A DNA stretch of 63,946 nt, counting the filler, from Octopus bimaculoides (Eukaryota): the NCBI RefSeq assembly GCF_001194135.2. It is 8 parts of 7 records of this genome, joined end to end, with 100 filler letters (N's around TTAATTAATTAA, not from the genome) between each part and the next. Parts side by side here need not be neighbours in the genome. Positions count along the whole stretch, not along the records: positions 15,753 to 34,967 come from NC_068989.1; positions 35,068 to 46,133 come from NC_068986.1; 6 more parts are not named here. One strand, given 5' to 3'. Made by a program: the position numbers and the translations under genes. Under the pieces are notes generated by a model. The model was not told the origin of the DNA and did not search any database. It saw only the letters and a program-made list of their open reading frames with translations. Shown here piece by piece: positions 24,211-36,800 of this stretch (position 1 is its first letter; every line of letters begins with the position of its first letter).

Positions 24211-26639
24211 AAAAAGTATGATTTGAACTCAGAATGCTGAAAACATGTGCCAAATACAGCCAATCTATCTAACTCTGCTAAATAGACATCACGTCGGATA
24301 CAAGACAAAAAAAAAAAATATAGAAACAACTCGAGCGTGAATTGAACCTGAGTTACAGATTTGCTTTAACAGGATGATTATTGTTAGTTAGCGGTGATAG
24401 CGGCGCTAATTCCATTTGACTCTGTCGAAAGGTGACATCAGGCATAATTTGATTTATAAGAATGACATTTCGTCTTCCATTTTCCTGTTAGCTTTCATGT
24501 TTTTGTGTCGATGGTTTTTGTCAGCAGTTATCATAGAATACATGGTTATAATGGAGGTCTACGCCATATTGTTGTCATTGGTTTCATCTTCATTGACCTT
24601 GTTGTTATTACTATTTTTTTATTTTGTTGTTACTGCTGTTTTTTTTTTTGTGAAAATCTTGCAGCAATTGTTGACGTCAACGTGTTTGTAATGTTTTGGT
24701 TATGTAGTTCTTAATATAATGATAATAATATTGTCAAAATCTTGTTGTTGTTTGTTGTTAACGTCTTTCTGTTTTGGATGTTGTTGTTGTTGTTGCTACT
24801 GCTGCAAGTGATGTCTCTATGGTAACAACAAGCAATCATGATCTTGTGTTAGGCTTTTAGTATAGAGAAAGCAAATTTGGTTGAAGAAAAATGACCAAAA
24901 GTGAAATAATGAACCAGAGTATTGTGTCAGATATGAGCGGAGGGGGGGGACAGAGAGGCAGAGAAAGAGTAATGATAGAGTGAGGGTGAGGTAGTGATAG
25001 ACAGAGGGAGTAAAGAGATAATCTGGACAATGACGGAAGTAATGAGATCGTGTGGGCGTATAAGAGAAAGGCAGAGGAATAGTAACAAGAAGCGGAGCGA
25101 GTCAAAGAGAAGAAGGGGAGAGAGAGAGAGTGAGAGAGAGGGGGAGANNNNNNNNNNNNNNNNNNNNNNNNNNNNNNNNNNNNNNNNNNNNNNNNNNNNN
25201 NNNNNNNNNNNNNNNNNNNNNNNNNNNNNNNNNNNNNNNNNNNNNNNNNNNNNNNNNNNNNNNNNNNNNNNNNNNNNNNNNNNNNNNNNNNNNNNNNNNN
25301 NNNNNNNNNNNNNNNNNNNNNNNNNNNNNNNNNNNNNNNNNNNNNNNNNNNNNNNNNNNNNNNNNNNNNNNNNNNNNNNNNNNNNNNNNNNNNNNNNNNN
25401 NNNNNNNNNNNNNNNNNNNNNNNNNNNNNNNNNNNNNNNNNNNNNNNNNNNNNNNNNNNNNNNNNNNNNNNNNNNNNNNNNNNNNNNNNNNNNNNNNNNN
25501 NNNNNNNNNNNNNNNNNNNNNNNNNNNNNNNNNNNNNNNNNNNNNNNNNNNNNNNNNNNNNNNNNNNNNNNNNNNNNNNNNNNNNNNNNNNNNNNNNNNN
25601 NNNNNNNNNNNNNNNNNNNNNNNNNNNNNNNNNNNNNNNNNNNNNNNNNNNNNNNNNNNNNNNNNNNNNNNNNNNNNNNCTGTGACCGCAGGTTAATAGG
25701 GGAAAGTGAAAGACTAGGAATGATGCAAAATAGAGAGAGAAGGAGGAGTGAGCGAGGGGGAGAGAGAGAGATAAGAATGAATGATAAATGTGATGACGAT
25801 TAGAGAAATGGGGAAAAGTGAAAGTGGTTGTGAAATGTGATAAGTATATGAAGAAAGAATTGAGTGGGAGTGAGAGGAAGAGACAGAGAGAGGGGAGACG
25901 GGAGAGGGGAGAAAAGAGAAAGAGGGTGGGAGGAAGAGACAGAGAGGGGGAGAGGAAAAGGAAGAGAAGGGGAGAGGAAGAGAAGGAGAGAGGGAGTGAA
26001 AGAAAATGAGAGACCGGAGATAAGGAGAGAGAGGGGAGGAGAAGAGAAAGAGAAAGGGGAGAAGAAGAGAAAGAGACAGGGGAGAGGAAGGGAAGGAGGG
26101 GGAGAGGAAGAAAAAGGGAGAGGGAAGAGTGAGAAAGAAAGAGAGAATAGAGAGGGGGAGAGAGGGGGAGAAAGAGAAAGAGAGAGAGGAGAGGAAGATA
26201 AAAGAGAGAAGGGAGAAGATAAGAAAGAGAGGGGACAGGAAGAGAAAGAGGGAGGGGATTCAAAGGGAAGGAGAGAAGAGTGAGAAAGAGATACAGGAGA
26301 GAGTGAGAAAGGAAGAGAGAGAGAGAAAGAGAAAGAGAGAGAGAGAAAGAGNNNNNNNNNNGAAGTTATTTTATAATTTAAATACCAATAAATATAAATT
26401 TGTCGTTACTAATGTTACTAAATTATTGTTTTAAGTTGAATTTTAGAGTTGTTTTCAAAGTAATACTTTTGGGGTTCTTTTGTTGGGTAGGGGATTTTCT
26501 TTTACTGAAAATATTACCGCCTTAGAGATACATAGCTAGATCTCTCAAAGAACTCGAAAAGAACGACTGCGTCGATAATACTTCCTGAATGACGAGTATC
26601 GAAAAATGAATGAAACTGTAGTAGGCTGGTTGGTTTGGT

Positions 26640-26982
26640 TGGCACTCCGTCGGTTACGACGTCGAGGGTTCCAGTTGATCCGATCAACGGAACAGCCTGC
26701 TCGTGAAATTAATGTGCAAGTGGCTGAACACTCCACAGATACGTGTACCCGTAACGTAGTTCTCGGGGATATTCAGCGTGACACAGTGTGACAAGGCTGA
26801 CCCTTTGAATTACAGGCACAACAGAAACAGGAAGTAAGAGTGAGAGAAAGTTGTGGTGGAAGAGTACAGCAGGGTTCGCCACCATCCCTTGCCGGAGCCT
26901 CGTGGAACTTTAGGTGTTTTCGCTCAATAAACACTCACAACGCTCGGTCTGGGAATCGAAACTGCAATCCTACGACCGCGAA
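26640..26982 (-). mobile_element. SINE family B (5' end lost in gap)
   Basis: Homologous to 18632-19009. Duplicated together with its flank at 27262-27687. Confidence 0.9.
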
Positions 26983-27309
26983 NNNNNNNNNNNNNNNNNN
27001 NNNNNNNNNNNNNNNNNNNNNNNNNNNNNNNNNNNNNNNNNNNNNNNNNNNNNNNNNNNNNNNNNNNNNNNNNNNNNNNNNNNNNNNNNNNNNNNNNNNN
27101 NNNNNNNNNNNNNNNNNNNNNNNNNNNNNNNNNNNNNNNNNNNNNNNNNNNNNNNNNNNNNNNNNNNNNNNNNNNNNNNNNNNNNNNNNNNNNNNNNNNN
27201 NNNNNNNNNNNNNNNNNNNNNNNNNNNNNNNNNNNNNNNNNNNNNNNNNNNNNNNNNNNNNGAGTATCGAAAAATGAATGAAACTGTAGTAGGCTGGTTG
27301 GTTTGGTTG

Positions 27310-27687
27310 GCACTCCGTCGGTTACGACGTCGAGGGTTCCAGTTGATCCGATCAACGGAACAGCCTGCTCGTGAAATTAACGTGCAAGTGGCTGAGCACT
27401 CCACAGACACGTGTACCTTTAACGTAGTTCTCGGGAAGATTCAGTGTGACATAGTGTGACAAGGCTGATCGCTTTGAAATACAGGTACAACAGAAACAGG
27501 AAATAAGAGTGAGAGAAAGTTGTGGCGAAAGAGTACAGCAGGGTTCGCCACCATCCCTTGCCGGAGCCTCGTGGAACTTTAGGTGTTTTCGCTCAATAAA
27601 CACTCACAACGCTCGGTCTGGGAATCGAAACTGCAATCCTACGACCGCGAATCCGCTCCTCTAACCACTGGGCCATTGCACCTCCAC
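27310..27687 (-). mobile_element. SINE family B, full-length
   Basis: The reverse complement begins GTGGAGGTGCAATGGCCCAGTGGTTAGAGG. Confidence 0.9.
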
Positions 27688-27749
27688 GTTGAAAGTCCAA
27701 GGTAAGATTAAAAAGAAAAGAACACATTGGTTCAAGAAAATTATTAAAA

Positions 27750-28730
27750 GCATCATGCGGAGGAGAAAGTCCTTTAAATGGACGAACCCTAATGTGATAT
27801 TTGTGTTTAAGTACAGTTGGTGCGATTTCAATGATGGTAAGAAAGTAAGGTTTCAAGATATTGCTAAATCTGGGAGCTAATCACCTGCTACATGCATCAA
27901 AAGACCAGACTAAAATAATTTCAAGAAGCCAGTTAAAATTACCCTCTTCAGAAAAAGTGACGCAGTTAATAACCGTCTGCTCACATATTTAAGGCAAGAC
28001 ATTAGATTTGATTTCATCACGCTTTTGCTGTGTTCAGAAGTGTAATGGATGTCGACGAGACAAAGCTTTGTTGTTTAGTAAACTTGAAGAAAGACGTATT
28101 GTTGGTTATATCAAAAATCTTGTAGAACCTTTTCATAATGTGCATTAGGTTTGCAAATTATGCTGTTAGTCATAAATATTTGAGAAGGTTAATGGCCTTT
28201 ATATGTCCCTACAAAGGGAGAAAACAAGCATTTTCACTTTGAAAAGTAAAATAGAAGTGTTCATAAACAAAATAAACTTACATAAACAAACAATAGAAAA
28301 TAAATCATTTAAAATGGTTTATGCATTGATAATATTGTCTTTGAAAATAATTTGACTCTAAGTTCGTTTAAGCAGAACGAAATCGAGCACTTTGTACATA
28401 TGCATTAGCAGTTCCGCAAATATTTTCCGCTAGACTTCGACAATTGTATTTTATATTGGATCCAAGAGGTATTCATTGTGGTAATAGAACAAGCATTGTT
28501 TTGGTTGAATGTGGAATCAAGATTTCCATTACTATCTGAATTAACAATGGCAGTTCTTCCAACATTTTTCATCTACATATTTATGAGAATCGCCATTTTC
28601 AGTTTAACGACAATAAAGACAAAATGCCGCTTAACTATTAAGAACGTAAAAATTCCCTTAAGAATCTCAGACAAATATCAAGCCACATTTTAATGTTTTG
28701 ATCTGAAACAAGCACACCCATCCGACTAAT
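27750..28730 (+). mobile_element. hAT (Buster/Charlie) transposase remnant
   Basis: Fragments TVGAISM..GF (TDGA.SM), LLLCSEV*WMS (LL.HTEVRWLS), YMSLQ..KIEVF, FWLNVESRFPLL...IKTK and KQAHPS (hATC dimerisation end). Confidence 0.8.
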
Positions 28731-28971
28731 GATATTCGTACAATAAATTTTTGTTGTTTAGTCATATTTTTAGGTTTATATTTTCTTAGTTTTTGTTATA
28801 AGTATTTTTGTTTAATGCATAACACACAGGTTATAAATACTCGTTGTTCATTTTTACCTTTTGAATTTTATAATATTTTAGTATTATAAGAGAATTGCGA
28901 GAAAATTCGTCTGGAAAAAGTAGTCGCGAGGGAAATAAGTTTCAGTAACAATGATGTAAATGACAAGAAAA

Positions 28972-29023
<52 letters not shown>

Positions 29024-29565
29024 TGATTGTTCATTATACAAGGAGGACACATGGGTATTCTGAATAACTGACAGGTTGACACAGAAACAAGCTGAAAGAC
29101 ACATATTAACAATCGAAATATCGAAATGGCAGACGATACACACAGAGACTGTCAGACAAAGAGTCAGACAAGTAGAAAGGTCAACAGAGATAGCTAAAGT
29201 GACACGAACGCACATCNNNNNNNNNNNNNNNNNNNNNNNNNNNNNNNNNNNNNNNNNNNNNNNNNNNNNNNNNNNNNNNNNNNNNNNNNNNNNNNNNNNN
29301 NNNNNNNNNNNNNNNNNNNNNNNNNNNNNNNNNNNNNNNNNNNNNNNNNNNNNNNNNNNNNNNNNNNNNNNNNNNNNNNNNNNNNNNNNNNNNNNNNNNN
29401 NNNNNNNNNNNNNNNNNNNNNNNNNNNNNNNNNNNNNNNNNNNNNNNNNNNNNNNNNNNNNNNNNNNNNNNNNNNNNNNNNNNNNNNNNNNNNNNNNNNN
29501 NNNNNNNNNNNNNNNNNNNNNNNNNNNNNNNNNNNNNNNNNNNNNNNNNNNNNNNNNNNNNNNNN

Positions 29566-29798
29566 GCAAGTGTCTTCTACTATAGCCTCGGGCCGACCAA
29601 AGCCTTTTGAGTGGATTTGGTAGACGGAAACTGAAAGAAGACTTTTGTCGGCCCGAGGCTATAGTAGAAGACACTTGTCCAAGGTGCCACGCAGTGGGAC
29701 TGAACCCGGAACCATGTCGTTGGTAAGCAAGCTACTTACCACAGAGCCACTCATGCGCCTATAGCCACTCATGCGCCTATAGCCACTCCTGCGCCTAA
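29566..29798. mobile_element. Inverted fusion of two SINE family A pieces
   Basis: A plus-strand CORE-like segment (29566-29640) is joined to a minus-strand CORE and head (29641-29762). The 18-bp 5' end is triplicated (29745-29798). Confidence 0.85.
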
Positions 29799-30416
29799 AT
29801 CCACTCTTGAATTACCTTAAAGATGGGACAAATTGTGTGCTCGTACTGCAGATTTCCGCTCGTACTTCAAGACAAAAATTCGCACGAGTCTCGGTTCGTT
29901 CAGCAAATTACTCGTACAATGGGGCATTCGTACTGCGAGATTCTACTGTATACACAAAATAATCGTAAACATAAAATCGCTACATTTATGATAGAATGTT
30001 AGCGCTGGTAACTGTGTGGGAGTGTTTGCGTTTGTGCGCATTTGTTTGAGCATGTGTGTTTGTTGCATGTTTGTACTAATGGAGATTGTATTTACGATTT
30101 CCTTCACTTGCAATTCCTCCTCTTTTCTGTCACCTCGCCGGCACCACAATCAGCCTCCTGTCACCCTTATCCATCCCTCTCTACAGCCGCTCACCGTTCA
30201 TCAACAGTCGCTGTCATCATCCGCTGTCACTCACCCTCACCCTGCATTGCTTGCCAGATATCGCGTTAACAGTCATTACTAGTTCGCCCATGGCCGTCAT
30301 TGATCGTTACTTTCCGTCACCACTTGATATAGCATTGCTATCGGTTCTCGGCTGCCGCCACATGCAATCATTAGTATTGTATCGGAGCAGAAACACATAA
30401 GGATAGAAAACGTAAA

Positions 30417-30470
<54 letters not shown>

Positions 30471-30898
30471 GGAGAGAGAGAGAGAGAGAGAGTCAAGGAG
30501 AGAAGGAAGAGTAGTGATTGTAGTTATAGATATATTCGAAGCCAAAGTAGAAAGGGAACGGAGGATTATGTGTGAGAGATTGAGAGAGAGAGAGAGAGAG
30601 AGAGAGANNNNNNNNNNNNNNNNNNNNNNNNNNNNNNNNNNNNNNNNNNNNNNNNNNNNNNNNNNNNNNNNNNNNNNNNNNNNNNNNNNNNNNNNNNNNN
30701 NNNNNNNNNNNNNNNNNNNNNNNNNNNNNNNNNNNNNNNNNNNNNNNNNNNNNNNNNNNNNNNNNNNNNNNNNNNNNNNNNNNNNNNNNNNNNNNNNNNN
30801 NNNNNNNNNNNNNNNNNNNNNNNNNNNNNNNNNNNNNNNNNNNNNNNNNNNNNNNNNNNNNNNNNNNNNNNNNNNNNNNNNNNNNNNNNNNNNNNNNN

Positions 30899-31332
30899 NA
30901 CAAAGACAGAGAGAGACAAAGACAGAGAGAGACAAAGACAGAGAGAGACAAAGACAGAGAGAGACAAAGACAGAGAGAGACAAAGACAGAGAGAGAGAGA
31001 GAGAGACAAAGACAGAGAGAGAGACAAAGACAGGGAGAGAGAGAGAGAGAGAGACAAAGATAGAGAGAGAGAGAGACAAAGACAGAGAGAGAGAGAAAGA
31101 CAAAGACAGAGAGAGAGAGACAAAGACAGAGAGAGAGAGACAAAGACAGAGAGAGAGAGACAAAGACAGAGAGAGAGAGAGACAAAGACAGAGAGAGAGA
31201 GAGACAAAGACAGAGAGAGAGAGAGACAAAGACAGAGAGAGAGAGACAAAGACAGAGAGAGAGAGACAAAGACAGAGAGAGAGAGAGACAAAGACAGAGA
31301 GAGAGAGAGACAAAGACAGAGAGAGAGAGAGA
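30899..31332. repeat. Compound satellite GACAAAGACA(GA)n
   Basis: About 20 units of ACAAAGACAG separated by variable (AG)n. Confidence 0.9.
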
Positions 31333-32397
31333 AATAGAAAGAGTGGGGCAGACAGACAGGCAGAAAGACACAAGCAGAGACAGGGAGATAGCGATAGATT
31401 TAGAAAAGAGGAAGAATGTTAATAAATGGGTAAGGCTGTAGTGTGAATAGTAGATAGAAGAGAAGAGGATAAACGAGGGACAATAGACAGGTGAGACATA
31501 CAAGGAGAGTGAGATTTCGAATAAGTGACAGAGAAGGACAGAGAGAATGAGAGACAAAGAGAGAGAAAGAGAGCGACAAAAATAAGTGGTGAAGAGAGAG
31601 AAAGAGTAAGAATAATAAGGTACCAGAGACAAAGAGCGGAGTAGTGATACACAGGTAAAGAAATAAAAAAATAAGAATAAAAAAGAAACACGCAGAGAAA
31701 CATTTAAAGAAAGGGGGAAAAAAACTAAAAAGAAAAGGGGAGAGGAGGAGGGATAAAACAGTGAGGAGGAAGAGAGTAACAGTAGATAAAGAAGAAGAAA
31801 AAAATAACATGATATCGAGAGAATGTCGGCTGCTAACGATAAAAGGGAAGAAATAATATAATGGCTGACGTTTTGAGACATTTGGCGATAATACAGCGAA
31901 TTTGGAGGAAGGTGTGTCGAGAAATCTTTACAAGGAATCACAGAATGACACAGTAAACGGTCAGAATCAGCTATATCTTTCCTTGGAAGGGTGGAAATAC
32001 GAAGAACTTTAAGAGATTTATTTCTCTATGAAGAAAGTAGAGAGATGTCTTGCGCAATGATAAAACGTGACTAAATTCTGTCGGTTCTATGATAGCTTCT
32101 GATAATGTGTGTGAGAGTGCTTCTATGTATGTATGTATGCATGCATGCATGTATGCATTTCTTTAGGTTTTCAATTACTTGAATTCTTCTAAAGAAAGAG
32201 CCGCACTCTAACAAAGAAACAAAGATCCATCGCTGGAATTTGGACGACGAAAACACTAGTATTAACATACATGTTAAACTTCAAAGAAGTTTTACATAGT
32301 ATTTTCTGTTCCGCTACCAACTTGTATTTGCAAAGTATGTGTCAGCTGGTCTTTTGGTATGTATGCTTAAGTTTGTCCATGCATCTATGAATGTATA

Positions 32398-32802
32398 CTC
32401 TTTTACTTGTTTCAGTCATTTGACTGCGGCCATGCTGGAGCACCGCCTTTAGTCGAGCAAATCGACCCCAGGACTTATTCTTTGGAAGCCTAGTACTTAT
32501 TCTATCGGTCGCTCTTTTGCCGAACCGCTAAGTTACGGGGACGTAAACACACCAACATCGGTTGTCAAGTGATGTTTTGGGGGACAAACACAGACACACA
32601 AACATATACACACACACACATATATATATACATATATACGACGGGCTTCTTTCAGTTTTCCGTCTACCAAATCCACTCACAAGGCTTTGGTCGGCCCGAG
32701 GCTATAGTAGAAGACACTTGGCCAAGGTGCCACGCAGTGGGAATGGACCCAGAACCATGTGGTTGGTAAGCAAGCTACTTACCACACAGCCACTCCTGCG
32801 CC
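32398..32802 (-). mobile_element. SINE family A, full-length
   Basis: Reverse complement of 23767-24210 with a shorter internal microsatellite. Confidence 0.92.
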
Positions 32803-33089
32803 TATTTAAATATCTATGTACAAAAGCAAAATTATATTGGGATGTATATGTCACATATGAGGTTATGAAGTTCGCTTCGCAATCGTTAGGTATCGAGAGC
32901 GATTTTCACCCATAGTATTTTACTCTGTGCCTTTTGAATGGAATGCAAAAGACAGAAACTGAGTGAGACCCATTCAGTGAAAATTTAATTAGGATAAGAT
33001 TGTTATTAATTTACACGTAAAATTAAAGAGTAGTGACATAATGGAGTTTATTTTGTTTTTACCTTTTCTATTTTCATTTACAAGTTTAA

Positions 33090-33634
33090 GTGTGGTCACC
33101 GCAGAGTGTCAAATTGGAGACGGAACACTGGAAACGCAGCATCACTACACAAAGATTGGCTCGATGCAACAGATGAGCTACTGGGAGAGTCTGAAAGAAC
33201 TGAAGATGTAGACCCATCCATACATACAGTGATATTCGGAAAATCCTGGAAGGACTAGCTCCCAACTGTGGAACTGAAAATTCTACCAACCCCCGAACTG
33301 AACGGCATAAATAGTCCCAAAGATTTTATTTTCTCTCTCTGGAATAAGGACCCAATTCTGTAACAACACGGGCTTCAAGAACCCATGACTACTCAACTTT
33401 CTACCAAAACAATCTCCGAGATCTGAGAGGTATAGATGTGGAGGTGTTCAGAGAACGTCCGGACAAATTCTTCTCTGAGATAACAGATGAGCCCACATCG
33501 CGACGAGGGACAGAAAGGAGAGCAGTTCCATCCAACTCGCTACTTCACCAGAGACAATATAGGGGAGAAGACCAATCACATTAAAAGGTGATGCCCCAGA
33601 ATGGCCGCAGGTTCTGGCTGAAAGTAGTAAAAAA
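33090..33634 (+). mobile_element. CR1/L2-group LINE 3' end
   Basis: LETQH..TKIGSMQQMSYWESLKELKM and LRDLRGIDVEVFRERPDKFFSEITDEP..RAVPSNSLLHQ resemble CR1/L2-type C-termini. The 3' UTR ends GGTGATGCCCCAGAATGGCCGCAG..GCTGAAAGTAGTAAAA. Confidence 0.7.
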
Positions 33635-34709
33635 TATTTTTTTCAATGTTTTTTTTCTTTAATATTTAAATTCGAAAGGTTATTATATAATTTAAATATC
33701 TACAAAAATATATTCGTCGTCACTAAAGTTAGTTATCCTTTTAAGTTTTTTTACAATTATTTTTAGAATATTTGATAATTTTTTTTTTTTGCCTACATAG
33801 AATAAAAAAAAAAAACCTTATAAAAACATAGTTAAATCGGTTAAAAAATCTCGACCGTAAATATTGCTGCAGTAATTATTTCCGGGGGACCTGGATGGGG
33901 GTAACATACAACGGAAAATTGGCGAAACTCTAGAAGCTGAGTAATTCTGTAAAAAAAAAAAAAGAGAGGAAGTGAAAGGAGTTTTTTTCTTTAGCACTAT
34001 CGATTGCTCTTAGGTATGAACCGTGTTTTCCTGTCTGCTTATTTAGCAAACGAATATTTTGGAAATGAATGCATGAAACCTGCCAAATTATAAAGACTTC
34101 GTACTTTTAGACATTCTTCCTATACAAGTAACCCTTTAGCATTTTTATTTTTGTTTTATTTATTTATTTATTTTGAAAATATTTCTAGCATATTTCAAAG
34201 TCCGTGACAAATTAAAAAAAAAAAAAAACATTGGTTCCAGAAAAATACTTCCGATGGAATTGCATATAATTAATTCAAAAATACACTATATATCTCACAC
34301 GATTGGCGACAAATCTGTAATGCTAACGGCACCGAAAAGATACCAAAATCATATGCGGGGAGATCAATGCGAAGGAAACTAGAAACATTTCGATGTCGAA
34401 TCTTATAATAATGAATTGTAGCGAATTTCGTACTGGATCTCGTAACATATAAGGCAACCTTTCTCTATAATAGCTTAAGATGAAGCGAATCTTTATAATG
34501 TAAAAGATTTGATGGGTAAAATATTTGCAGGATCTACATCTGACTGGATATTTTGAAGACTAGAACTACGGAATACTCAATAATTATTATTCAAAAAGTT
34601 GGACAACTGGAATGCTCATTGTCACAATCGACGGTGATCCATTTAGCTAACACGTTTGGTACAACACGACATCTGAAGCCTTCGAACTTTTTAACCTTTA
34701 TATAAAACC

Positions 34710-34760
<51 letters not shown>

Positions 34761-34829
34761 CTTTCTTAACTTTCCTGTACTTTCTGTTCTTTCTTTTGTC
34801 GTTTCTTCCTACTCTGGATGTTCTTACTC

Positions 34830-34967
34830 TGTTTTCTCTACCACTACACACATTTTTTTTCTCTCCTTGTTTCTTTCTGTGTTCCTTTCTGTGGAAGAGC
34901 GTAGGCTCAAAACGTTAAAGACTTTTTCAATTCCCGAGCGTTATACTAATACGTCTATTTGTTTTCT
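34830..34967 (+). repeat. Second copy of the pseudo-LTR-like repeat with degenerate hammerhead-like motif
   Basis: CTTT-CTGTGGAA-GAGC GTAG GCTC-AAAACGTT-AAAG (34885-34920). Cut by the scaffold end. Confidence 0.5.
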
Positions 34968-35677
34968 NNNNNNNNNNNNNNNNNNNNNNNNNNNNNNNNN
35001 NNNNNNNNNNNTTAATTAATTAANNNNNNNNNNNNNNNNNNNNNNNNNNNNNNNNNNNNNNNNNNNNATCTTGAACTGAGCGTCAACCTAATTCTTTCAT
35101 TGTGTACTTCCTATTAACTTTTGTTTCGTTTTCATTTGTATTTTCGATTTGCCTGTGTGTATGTGCGCGCGCGCGTGTGAATGTATGCATGTATGTATGT
35201 ACGTAAATCATTCAATACTTAAGGAGTGGTGAAACACTCGTCATCCCTATGATGCCCTCGTTGATTAACATCAATGACACAACACATCTTACTTAGAGAT
35301 CGTCTATTAAAAAAATATTTGTTATATCGATCCTATCTGATCGGGCAACCTGCTCTGACCAATGCAACTCTTCCGAACCAGATATTTCGATATTCCATAG
35401 CAGTCTTCATATCCTCAACTTTATATCCAGTGTCTCCTGCAAGCTAATCGATATATGCTCTTCTTGGTCAACCGATATTCGTATGTCCATTCGTGGGCTT
35501 CCAGAGAAGGAGATCCCTGGATATTTCAATCTTTGCTTCTCCTGTAGTGTTCTGCACAACGTGTTCCTCTTTCTTTGATTACTGAGGTGATGGTAGGAAG
35601 ATTGCCATACAGTTGCCGCTTTGTAGGATGTTGCTACTAAGAAAAATTGAGAACAGCACGAAGCGATCTCGTGCATG

Positions 35678-36084
35678 TACTCTCTTTTACTTGCTTCAGT
35701 CATTTGACTGCGGCCATGCTGGAGGACCACCTTTTAGTCGAGCAAATCGACCCCAGGACTTATTCTCTGGAAGCCTAGTACTTATTCTAGCGATCTCTTT
35801 TGCCGAACCGCTAGGTTACGGGGACGTAAACACACCAGCATCGGTTGTCAAGCGATGTTGGGGGACAAACACAGACACAAACATACACACACACACACAT
35901 GTATATATATATACATATATACGACGGGCTTCTTTCAGTTTCCGTCTACCAAATCCACTCAGAAGGCTTTAGTCGGCCCGAAGCTATAGTAGAAGACATT
36001 TGCCCAAGGTGCCACGCAGTGGGAATGAACCCGGAACCATGTGGTTGGTAAGCAAGCTACTTACCACACAGCCACGCCTGCGCC
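35678..36084 (-). mobile_element. SINE family A, full-length, nested in RTE
   Basis: Reverse complement of 23767-24210, with RTE coding sequence on both sides. Confidence 0.92.
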
Positions 36085-36481
36085 TATCAAGGGTTTTTTT
36101 TTTTTTTTTTCAAGTCTTTTATTCAGTGCTAATGCTTAAGACGTATAGAGAAGTATTGATTCAGCGACTGCTTTGAAGAAGCCACTCTTCATTTTGTTAA
36201 GAAGGGAGGATTTCTATGTAATTCTGAGTCTATTCAGGATATTCCATGCTTTTTGCACTCTTCCCTAAACATCCTTTTTTGTTGAAGCAGTGTTACTTCC
36301 CAGCTAGGTTAAGCCATCAACCATCATCAGATTGATGCCATTCAAGACACATTATTATTCAGAACAGAGATATCATTTGTTACATTGTAGCCCATATATT
36401 CAGTCTTACCAGCATGGACATATAGTCCTGTTTGTGCAGCTGCAGTCTCGAGCCCATGTAACATGTCCTTTGCTAATTCTA

Positions 36482-36608
36482 CAGGATGTCCACAAAGTCT
36501 GGGTACATAGGGATTAACACATACTTTAAGAAATTATTATTTCTCATATTTAATTGTTTATGTTATGATTTTATTTACTCCATGTACCCAGACCTTGTGG
36601 ACACCCTG
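36482..36608. mobile_element. mariner-type MITE (127 bp) inserted at TA in the RTE RT
   Basis: TA-CAGGATGTCCACAAAGTCTGGGTACAT ... ATGTACCCAGACCTTGTGGACACCCTG-TA. Removing the element and one TA restores the frame ...ADN-IEL.... Confidence 0.92.
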
Positions 36609-36800
36609 TATATTGTCTGCAAGAAGAGGAAGATCATCTGCATAGTAAGCATTCAGTATATTAACTACAGGATGTTTCCAACTTCAAGCTGTCTCAAGTG
36701 TAAGTCCATAATCTCTTTTGATGTCGATGGCTGCACATAAGACATAATCCAGGCAAATTATCAACAGATATGCAGTTAGAGTGTCTCCTTGAAGAACACC

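Larger units (their letters stand above)
35320..36800 (-). mobile_element. RTE-clade LINE, 3' part (RT domain to end), interrupted by a SINE and a MITE
   Basis: GVLQGDTLTAYLLIICLDYVL, YADDLPLLADN (YADD 36633-36644), IELAKDMLHGLETAAAQTGLYVHAGKTEYM, and a C-terminal IRKRNT...GSPRMD..DQEEHISI region. Confidence 0.9.
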
